A stretch of DNA of 64,000 nucleotides from Camelus dromedarius. Its lineage: Eukaryota. Where the stretch lies: NCBI RefSeq assembly GCF_036321535.1, contig NC_087436.1, forward strand, positions 85,252,001 through 85,316,000, written 5' to 3'. The notes beneath the pieces were generated by a model that had not been told where the DNA came from, did not search any database, and saw only the letters and a list, made by a program, of their open reading frames with translations. The stretch's first letter is position 1; each line of letters starts with the position of its first letter. Below, one piece after another: positions 10,965 to 22,239 of the stretch. The position numbers were made by a program, and so were the translations under genes.

Positions 10965-12721
10965 TAGACTGGATATGTATATTTAGAAGTTGTCTGTATA
11001 TAAATAGTATTTAAAGTCATGAGACTGGATGAGGTCACCATCCATTGACAGAGAAGAGGAGTAGGAACAGGGAACTGGCGTATTCTTACGTTCAGGAGTC
11101 AGGATAAAGAGAAGCCATCAGCAGAGAAACCTGGGAAGAACGACCAGGGAAGCAGGAGGAAAGCCCAGAGTGTGTGGCGCGCTGGAGTCAGTTAACGTAC
11201 AAGGTGAAGTGACTGGTCACTGGCGCTGCATTTGTATGGATCCTGAGAAGCTGCCACGGGACTTAGCATGGCTGCTGGAGACTTTTCCAGAGCAGTGTCG
11301 GTGGAGCTGTGAGGTGTAGACAGTGACTGGAGTGAGTTAGCAGTGAGAGGAAAAGCACTGAGCTAGTAAGAATCAAATAAATCTTTCCAGTTTTGCTGCA
11401 AAGGCACTAGAAAAACCAGGTGGTAGCTGGTGAGGGAAGTAGGATTAGGTTTTAAAAAGATATTTATCTGCTGATGGGAAGATCAAGAAAGGGCAGAAAA
11501 TTTGATGATCTTTAGGAGGAAGAATGGCAAACCAATGTCCTTAGGTAGAATCTAGTGCCCAAGGAGAGGGCCTAGGTTTGGGCAGAAATCCAGAGAGACT
11601 GTGGTTTCAGGAAAAAATTATAAATGACTTTGAGATGAGCAAAGAACATTACTGGTATCCTGTCTAGCACACTCTTCAGGTTACCCTGCACCCTGCCTTT
11701 GAGCTATTTTGCAACTTTGTAAGTCACAGTTGGTAGGAATGCAAAAAATTCTTTTCCATATATATACAAAAGAATTTTGTCCAATGGAAGCACAATTGAT
11801 TTCCCTCCCCAACTACTGAAGCTAGTTTGCGTTTATTAAGCAAATTCCTTTTGGCATGCCTCATTATCCCTATGTGCTGCTCTTTGAAATTCTTCTTAGA
11901 ACTGCTTCCAACATCTCACTGGTTCCTTCATTAATTAATGAGTTCAATAAAATCTTTGGTATATGTTCGTTTTACATTTGTACAAGAATCATGATTTTAC
12001 ATCCTTTTAAAAAAAAAGTATCCTTCAGCAATAGTGATGGCAGACCGCACACACAGGCAGATGCTTAGCTGCGTGGAGGTGGTGGTGGTAACCTGTGGAA
12101 GTTCTCTTCCAACAGCTTCATTTCCCTGAGGACAGAGATGTGGCATAATCAGCATTGAGAGAGTGAATGGACTAGGGATGTTAGCATGACCGCAGCAGTG
12201 AGGACCCCTTGAGGTCAGCGGCCCTGGATTTAAAGGGGCTGTCTGTGGATTATATTTCTCCTGCCATAGTCCAGCTGCACAGATGCACACGCAAAGGAAG
12301 GAGGGTTGAATTTAACCAGGGGTGTGCCTTGGTGAAATCAGCAGGAAGAAGCAATGTGGGGAGGACAGAGAGTTGGGGATATATACAAAGGGATGAATTA
12401 GAGTGATTCACTTGCAATTTAAGCAGGGTTAAGGAGGTAAGAAAAAATTCAGGAGAGGTGAAGGACAATAGCCATGTCTTGACATCAATAGATTGGAGGT
12501 CCCGATGAGATGGAAATACTGTTGGAGCTACTGTACTAGAATAAGCTGGAAAGACAGGAGCTGGTAGTCAGAGAAGCAAAATCTCTCCACCTGGGGCTGG
12601 CATCCCAGCGTTTGAGCAGACATTCTGTTGTTTAAGGGTCACTTACCTGCTAACCACCGAACTCCTCTTTTTGTGCGTGGAAGTACAGATGTTTTGTGGA
12701 GTTACTTCCCCCTTCTCCTAG

Positions 12722-12875
12722 TTTATTCTTATCTTTCTCAATGAGATGATTCCATGTGATATAGTCTTGTTTTCTTCAAGAGTGAACAGAATCTGCAGAC
12801 AGGCAGCACGATGAGCAGGGTCTCCGTGGAAGGTTGTGCGGTTTGTGCACTGCACAAGGGACAGCAGTCTGAAGG
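12722..12875 (+). pseudogene. Pseudo-exon L (154 nt, phase 2-0)
   Basis: Acceptor acttcccccttctcctag (alternative acceptor at 12780), perfect donor AGG|GTGAGT. Translates LFLSFSMR*FHVI*SCFLQE*TESADRQHDEQGLRGRLCGLCTAQGTAV*R. Confidence 0.5.
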
Positions 12876-13357
12876 GTGAGTGGGCTGAGATCCAGCTCAA
12901 GCTCTACTCATTGAGCTGCAGCCCCATCACCAGCTGCCTTTTGTGCCCACAAAGGTTCATTTCTGTTCTCATGGGGATGTTCCTAGAGTAACAACTTTCC
13001 TAATGCACAGCAAGATGCCACGTAGGCCAGGGGGCCCTGATAAAAACTGCACATGTGCTATGAGGTTTTACCCAGAGGGGCAGATTTGTGTTTTCTACAG
13101 AAACCCCTTGTATTCTTTTGTCTTCTAAGTACTTCAAATGTTCTTTTGAAGAAAGAGACCTGATATTTCTCAATTATGTGCAAAGAGTAGCTTTTTATAA
13201 GTTATTTGGATAATTACATTTTGCTTTCCCCAAAACCAATACATGGCTTTCTAGACCACTGGTATTTGAGAAAAAGGATGAAGAATGCATCATGTGAATT
13301 ATTTAGGGATCACTGTCACATCCACTGTTTCTTGTCCATCAGAAAAATCTTAGGTTA

Positions 13358-13476
13358 GGGGAAGGGTATAGCTCAGTGGCAGAGTGCACACCTAGGATGC
13401 ACGAGGTCCTGGGTTCAATCCCTAGTACCTCCATTAGAATAAATAAATAAACCTCATTACCACCTCCCCCCAAAAA
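13358..13476 (+). mobile_element. tRNA-derived SINE (vic-1-like)
   Basis: A box TAGCTCAGTGG and B box GGTTCAATCC. 17-bp TSD agaaaaatc(t/a)taggtta at 13341-13357 and 13477-13493. Confidence 0.88.
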
Positions 13477-13817
13477 AGAAAAATCATAGGTTAGACTAAT
13501 ATAAGACACCTAACAAAAATCAGCTGAGTATTTTTTTCTGATAGACAATGTGGGCAAGTGGACAGAAATTGCTTAGGTCGGTGTAAAAGATTTCTACTTG
13601 TTCATTTACTATTTTAAGATCTCCTTTAATATACCAATTCATTTTGAGATACACTGCTTATGAATGCTCCTTGAGTTCTCAGGTAACTTTAGTTATGCAG
13701 ATATTTACAGTCTCTTTAAACTATTAAGCTTCATATAAAATATTGGCAAAAGCTTTTTTGGGGGGGTAGGAACTCTAGCAATAACCACTCATTGAATTAA
13801 AAATATAATACAGAACA

Positions 13818-13946
13818 GAAGGAGGGTATAGCTCAGTGGCAGAGTGTGTGTTTAGCAAGTGTGAGGTCCTGGGTTCAGTCCCCAGTATTTCCATTAAAAT
13901 AAACAAATTATTAAACTTAATTACCCCCCTCAAAAAACCAAATAAT
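13818..13946 (+). mobile_element. tRNA-derived SINE (vic-1-like)
   Basis: Same A/B-box head. TSD aaaaa(t/c)ataata(c/t)agaaca on both sides. Confidence 0.85.
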
Positions 13947-14251
13947 AAAAACATAATATAGAACAAAGCTTTGCAGAGATAAAATAATCCATGCTAACTG
14001 AAAGCAAATGTTAGTAAAGAGGATGAGCTACAACTTGGAGACTTAAAGACAAAGGCTATTTTCAGCACTTTTACAGTCAGTAGTTAATCCAGGCAACGCT
14101 GTTATGGGAAATCAGTATCACTTCCCCAAACTTAATAGTAACAGAAAATGAAAGATTAAAGCTTTAGAACTAAGCCAATAGGAAAATCAAGACTCTCCAC
14201 CCCCAAGCTATTTCTGAGGAATTTGCAAACTCTCTGGTGCTCTCCCTTTAG

Positions 14252-14419
14252 GCACATGGAATATTTTCACTAACACAAAGAGCAATGCTGCCTGTGATCT
14301 TGCAAGCACAGCACAATTTTCAATTATACCCTGTGGCTGAGCTTTCATCAAAGACCACATGACTTTCTTCTGAGCCCCTTTGAGGACATCACTATTTCTT
14401 TTGTTTTGTATTCACCTAA
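14252..14419 (+). pseudogene. Pseudo-exon M (probable last coding exon, phase 0)
   Basis: Acceptor gctctccctttag. Translates AHGIFSLTQRAMLPVILQAQHNFQLYPVAELSSKTT* (TGA 14360-14362; later TAA 14417-14419). Confidence 0.55.
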
Positions 14420-14793
14420 AAATGCAGTGTTTGGGCAAGGAGGGGGAAGGGAGAGCAGGAGACAGAAGTGTGTGAGGGACTGCGAGGCAAGCTGGAAACG
14501 CTCTCTCACCGCGACAGGATCCTTCACAGGGGATGCTCATTATTTTACTTAAAAGTACAATGAAATTCCAGAACAGCAGCCAAATTCCTAGTCTAACCTA
14601 GTATAAAACTGCATGCAAAAGCAAAATACATTTTTCTCTCCCAATAATATGCTACTAAAAATCATTTATGCCATTCATGTGGACATTAAGACCAAAAAGT
14701 AAAATGCTTCACAATTCTAGCGTAGCGAATTTTGTTCCTGAGTCTTGGTCCTGAGGATGGCAAATCTAAATGATAAATGAAATGAGTATGTCA

Positions 14794-14799
14794 TTTATT
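14794..14799 (-). terminator. Candidate SRD5A3 polyadenylation signal (distal)
   Basis: AATAAA on the minus strand, about 1.3 kb after the stop codon. Confidence 0.45.
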
Positions 14800-15425
14800 T
14801 GAATGCACAGCTGATGGAAGTGGTATTTGATTGTTGAGGGAGAAAAGTCTACATCAGAATTCTAAGAACTTCACAATATGCGCTGATACACATACACTGA
14901 AACTCACATTAAAAGGGTCTGTTTAACAGCTTTGGTTTACCCCTCCAGGGATGGGGGTGGGGGATATTCTTAGACTGCATTCCATATGGGCCTGGTTAGT
15001 AATAAGGTTCTTTCCCCCAGAGCATGGTACATCTTAGTGCAAAACCTTAGTACCCAGTACACTATAAGAAGACATCTGCATAAAAGGAACAAAGTTAACA
15101 CCTCACCCAATCAGCCAGTAAATCTTATGCTGCATGAATATGCAGTTTTTACTGTGATGCTCAGGCTACGGTATTATTTTCTACTTTCACACCATGCATT
15201 TATATCCACTTGACTTGATCATGGGCATTTTCTTTAACATAGGCTATTTTAAGTGTAAACTTTAGTTTAAAATATCTTTGGATCCATTCTATTAGTTAAA
15301 AGAAACCCAGACAGACATTAATCCAATGTGAATAACAACATATGAATGAGGCTACAGCACTACCCAATCCGGAGTGTCACTCAGTTCCACTCATGAAGGC
15401 TTTTTAGATATAAATATAAAAATAT

Positions 15426-15431
15426 TTTATT
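15426..15431 (-). terminator. Candidate SRD5A3 polyadenylation signal (proximal)
   Basis: AATAAA on the minus strand (tttatt on +), about 680 nt after the stop codon. Confidence 0.45.
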
Positions 15432-15736
15432 TTAAGGTACTCGCTTGAAAAAGCTGTCAAAAAAGTATTAAATAAAAGAGGTTTCAAACTTTTTGTTAGG
15501 CTATGATTTGAGGGGGAGATGATTACTGATGGTTACATAACTGGAAGCCTTTGTGGCAATAAGTAAAGGTATAAACCAACTCCAACAAACTCATTTTTCC
15601 CTGAATCCACTGGTGTGCAATTACACATTGTTGTTATTTTTAAAGGCTATTCTGCTTTGACTGAAATGCAACAAGCACTTACTGAGCACCCACTATACTG
15701 CTTGCTCTATAGTCCACAGATAACCTTCTCTCTTCC

Positions 15737-15738
<2 letters not shown>

Positions 15739-15792
<54 letters not shown>
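15739..15792. repeat. (TG)27 microsatellite in the SRD5A3 3'UTR
   Basis: Perfect dinucleotide run between the stop codon and both candidate poly(A) signals. Confidence 0.95.
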
Positions 15793-15796
<4 letters not shown>

Positions 15797-16108
15797 ATGT
15801 GTACGTCTGAAGCTGTCTGTATGTCTTGGTTAGTTTGTTTCTGAAGCAGCTTGGAGAAGTCTCATCTACTTTTTAGCACTTGATTGGTGTTATAACGCAT
15901 CTCAGAAAGTAGACACAGCACTTCCGGGTCTGCCAGAAGTATTTCTTCTTGGAAGACTCATTGTTTTGAGAGGTATTGCTTTGCTCATTCAGTGAAGACT
16001 TTTGGGTACAGAAATGGAACAGAGAGTTTTAAACAGTTCCACAGAAACTGTACTTTGGTCTCTAGACTTGTCTTTAGGAATTGAACCTGTCACCTGATTG
16101 AGGTTATC

Positions 16109-16459
<351 letters not shown>

Positions 16460-17213
16460 TTAGAAAAGGCTGTCACAGACCTGGGCAAAACACCATCCTT
16501 CATACTTCCATTGTCAATCTACCAGGTATTAAAAAGTCACATGCTTAGATTACACTAATAACTATAAATAAACACGAAGGAAAGCCCGCTTCTTCAACGG
16601 TCCTCCAAACTAGTAATTAAGAGCTCAGACTCCAGAGCCAGACTACAAATTCAGGCTGAGTTCAAACTCAGCTTTACCATTTATAAACAGTGTAACTTTA
16701 GATAAGTTGCTTAACCTCTCTGTGCCTCAGATGCTTGATCTGTAAAATGAGAATAAGATTGTACCCTCCTCAAGTGAGCACTGTGAGGCCACATATAATG
16801 CCCTCAGCTGGCACAAAATAAGCACTTGATAAATGGTGAACAGTACTATTCCATGCTTCATATTTCAAAAGCCCAGTAAAAACTGTGCCTGTGGTAAGTC
16901 AACATGAGCTAACTAAAAAGTCGGGTTTTTTTGCTTTCACCGGAATGATACCAACTCAGATGGTATACTAGTGCTCACATGCTGGGTAGACACATGGATG
17001 GAGGGTAGGCCCCCAAACGTGGGCACAGGATAGAGTCACAGAATGCCAGGGCTGGATGGGGCCAGAGAGCGTTCCAGTAAAACGCTCTCCTTTTACAGAC
17101 AGGAGGATCAAAACCCAGAGTCTTGTCAAAACGAGTATTTGATAGATTAGCCAACTACTTAGAGCAGGAAAGAAAAGAGTGAAGGAATATGGATAAATAA
17201 CTTCTGAGGACTA

Positions 17214-17426
<213 letters not shown>

Positions 17427-20010
17427 TCAGAGACTTGGAGAATTAAAAAATCATAGTCAGCAGAACACATTTATCTACCCATTCTGTTCTTTATGACTAG
17501 AAAATCATCCTGATGTAATTTCCCAAATACGGGGAGAAGACCGGCCCTGTGGGGGAAGGAGGTGTGCTCCTCAGCCAGGGGCACTTCAGTGGCCCCGGGT
17601 AGAGAATTCCACACTGACACGTCCTTTTTCTCCTTCTTCCAGTGCCTCAAGCACAGAGGTCAGCTCTGTCTCCCTCCCTTGTGGTGTACTCTTGGCAGTG
17701 AGACTACTCTGCATCTTTATTATCTTCACCTAAGCCTGGTTTTAGGTCTTCTTTCTTATAGTCTGCTGTCAGAAAAACATGTCCTAAAGGACCCCACCCT
17801 GAGCTGTTGCTAGGGGAACCTTGAATGCTGACTTGACTGGTTCCAGCCAATGAAGAAAATCACTGGAAGTGAAGGCTAAGGGTGGGGCTTCTCAAAAAGA
17901 GGAGGAATGTAGACTGCAAGAGAAAAACCAAAACGATATCCCTTTCTGATTAGAGAGCCTAGTCACAGAGATTTTGTTTCAGGAGTAGAAATATTCAAAG
18001 TATCATCTTCCTCTTTCTTCTCCAGCTACCAGGAAAATGGGAAGAGGGCAGGTCTTCCAAGGACTGGCGTCAGAAGAGCAAATTAAGGACTTCCCTACTT
18101 TCATCAGGAAGTAGTCAGGCTAGTCAGGGACTCGACTAAAGAAACAAAGCTGTCCATTGACAACAGGCACGAGTCTGAGGCTCTGGAGCCCAGAGGGAGC
18201 CCCTACAAGGTTGATTCAGGAAAGAGAACCAAGGATCAAGCTATTCCATATGAACCTGGAGGTAGGACTTAGCTGATGACAGCTAATGACAGTCCACCAA
18301 AGTCTATCTATGTTAATTTCTTTTAAAAACTTGCTCTCTATAAACAATCTACTGTAGTCTCTTAATGTTTACTAGGCTTAGCCACTTAACAAATTAATGA
18401 TTCTATTTTTATAAGTTAAAAATAAAGACAACATGAAAATAGTTTTAAATTAGAGGGCTTTAAGAATAAGTCACTGTAGGATCAAAAGTTGAAGCAAGTG
18501 TCTGAGCATTCAAGCCACCGCCAAGTGACCTACTCTGAATGCAGAGAAATTACCTATGAGGGAAGAGATTTGTAAGAGTAAATTCGGATTACAATCCAGG
18601 AAAGGGGAGGCAGGTGGAAGGCTCATATTTACAGAGGGTCTAGACTGTGTAGTATTTAATTATTCATTTGTTCATTAGTTACTTATTGAGTGTCTACTAA
18701 GCATGGCATCTCTCATGAGGGATAAAGCAGTAGATAAGTCAGGTAAGATCTCAGCCCTCATGAACTCACATTCTAGTAGCAAGAGACGAAACAAGTTAAA
18801 AAAAAAAAATCAATAACCAAGATAATTTCAGGTAGAGATGGTACTCTGAAGAAAAAAATAACAGAACAATGTAATAGAAAGTGACTCGGGGCAGACCCTC
18901 TAGACTTTGAAGACAAGGAGACATACTTCCTTTTCAACCAGCACCCTCTGAAATTAGTACCTGTCCCTAATTCCAGACAAAGGTTCTGAGGCTCAGAGAA
19001 GTTATTAAATGAGCCAGAATTCAGACTCAGGCCCATCCGACTCCCAAGCCCCCATCATTTCTAGCAGACCCTGCAGCTGGCAAATGCCCCATGTGTTCTC
19101 TCTCAGTGAGTGCCTGAAACCAGTTCCCATACTGCCCAAATGACTGCAGATGATCTCTTGAAGGACAGGTGGGCAATTTACAAGTTTCAGAAAGCTTCGG
19201 AAAGAAGTGTCTAAAAGCTATTTTGTGGCTGTCTGGGCAACCTTTCCTTGACTGTTTATATAGGAGGTAGGGTGGGCGTTGGAGTCCAGCCAGCAGAGAA
19301 AACTCCAAGAAAGATGTATAATGCTAATAGGTTGCAAGACAGTGGGTTACCAAAGTGCTTTGGAATGTTCCTTTTGGTGAAAACCTAGGACTGCTCTCCA
19401 GGAATGACAGCTCAAACTGTGACACGGGTGGCACCAAGATGCCAGGAAGCTCAGGGAGGAAAGACTGACTTAAGGTCAGAGGAATTAGATGGGGGAGATC
19501 CGGGCTGATAGGCTGGAGCCAATAAATAATTCACAAATTGAGAAAGACTGTCAATAAGCAGTCCTTTAAAGTCATTCCTTGAGCCACGGAGGCCTTTCAT
19601 TGTCCTACAGCAACAGAGAAAGAACATACACTGGAATCAAACCTGAGGAGAAAGCTCACTGAGTACTGGAAATATCCAGACCTTGAAGACCAACTTCAAC
19701 CCCACTGAGGGAAACCCCACATCCCGTTTCTCCATCCTCACGCAGGGCCTCCTGAGGACTCTGCACTTCACTCTCATTACTGAAGGCACCGCTGCTCAGT
19801 CGGTCTCTCTCAGGTTTTGGCGGTTATGGTTACTGTGATGTATAACTGCGAGGTACCCTCGGGCATGTTGGCTCTGTAAAGCTACAATCAGAGCCCAGAC
19901 TCCTCTAATGCAAAGTGGATCGGGCAGGTCTCCTACTTCCCAGCTTCCATTAACGCTCGGGGGAGTGCTTCTGCTGCGCCTGCAGAGTTTCGCGTATGCC
20001 CAGTGGCTCA

Positions 20011-20241
<231 letters not shown>

Positions 20242-21876
20242 TCAGAGCAGAACGCACTTAGCACCTCTCTCTCCGGGACTCATCCAGCGTCACTCCTTTC
20301 CTTACTGTTAAACCAGATCAGACTTAGGAAAGGGCCCTAGAAGTCATCGAGTCTAACACCTCCCTTTTTTGTGGCAATGAGGGAGTGAGTGGAAGTGAGG
20401 AAGTGAAGTCAGGGAATTTGGCTCAAGGTTTCACAGTAGGCTAGTGACACGGCTGGGACAAACTCAGGTCTGCTTCGTGATGTAAAAGCCTTCTGGGTCA
20501 CGTGGCCATCACCAGGACGGGGTCTGTGCACTCAGAGCCCGACCGCGGTCTCTGGTCCCTGGCACTAATGCCAGATGAAGATGGTCAGGAACAGTGCCTG
20601 CATGACCTGTGAGCCAGGACCAGGTGGGATCCCTGAGGTCAGGGGGCACAAGAGACACAGTCACGTACAAAGGCAGAAAGAGGGACAGGACAGAGACAGG
20701 GAGAACTGTGCATTCCTTTCCATATTAAAAAAAAAAAAGAAATTATACTTTGAGGGACTGTGAGGATTGAGATCTATCTTCCTATCTGCTTCTCACACCT
20801 CTGCCCTAAAAGAAGTCAGAAGAAATGCTGATTTTAAAATGAATAAAATAAATTTTTATTCATTAAAACTTTTTAAAAATAAAAATCCAGATGTTTTAAA
20901 AAATGTGATCTCATACACTCATTGTAAAAATACAATAAGGATACAGCCTAATGGAATTTCACAGACTAAACCAGCCCATCCCACCCATACGACCAGCACC
21001 CAGATGAAGAAGCAGAACACAACCAGCACCTCCTTGTACTCCCTTCCAGGCACCGCCCCCCATCCCAAACCTCCCAACAGTAAGCCCTTCGGAGCCACCC
21101 ATCACGTAGATTAGCTTTGTCTGCTTTTCTATTTTAAATATAGTAAAATCTAGTTCTAACTCTTCAGGAATAGGTTAAAATTAAAAAACAAATAAAACCC
21201 CCGCCAGCCCCACAGTAAACAAATGAAGAGATGAAGTTTAACTGGGTGAAGTGGGGTTCGCTGAGGTGTATTCCCCTCCCAAGCAGATTTGCATAGCTCT
21301 TTCCTTCTGTCATCTTTTGCAACAAGTTCCTCTGGTTATACAGAAAAGGACTGTTCCTAGGCAGCCAGCAGTTTGCAACAAAGGACAGAGATAGCACCAG
21401 AACAATTTGTTTCTAATTCTGCCCCTCTTCTGCTGCCTGATATTAATTGAAGCTGCTTTATGGTATTCACCTTCAATTCCTTATTTAAAAAATTGTCCTG
21501 TGTATCTTTTACCTGAGGCACAGCAAGGCAAATTTAAAGGCTATTTTGTAATCATCTGGTCAACAACTACAACTATTTACAGTCAATTTTATTATATAAC
21601 CAAAGCCTTACAGCATAACAAACATTTTTAACCCATGATCAAAAAGTAATTTCCTATCAAATTTCTGGAGTCTGGAGACATTTTGGTTAGAACTATATAC
21701 ATGATAAATGTTTCAAGGCAAACCCAAGGGATCCTAAAAGCTTTTCCTCTTAAGTGTAAAGGCTGTATAAATTTATCAACAGCACTAAAAATATCAGAGG
21801 GAGAGCAGCCAGTTCTGTTCACAGCACAGTTCTTGCTGGGAAGTCAGGGATGGAGAGCTGACTCTCAGCTCTGCTA

Positions 21877-22239
<363 letters not shown>

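Larger units (their letters stand above)
1..14419 (+). pseudogene. Putative unitary pseudogene of an unidentified multi-exon protein-coding gene, convergent with SRD5A3; 5' part lies outside the window
   Basis: About 13 AG...GT-bounded blocks, about 2890 nt in total. Most junctions are phase-compatible and the translations look protein-like, interrupted by stops and a few 1-nt indels. See the individual pseudo-exons. Confidence 0.62.

Noticed and set aside
13358..13440. tRNA-like sequence
   Set aside because: It has TSDs, an A-rich tail and multiple diverged copies, so it is a SINE, not a tRNA gene.
1..14419. Argument that all pseudo-exon stops are C>T changes
   Set aside because: Every stop codon begins with T, so this carries no information. 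Only phase/length consistency, splice sites and the TGA excess were used as evidence.
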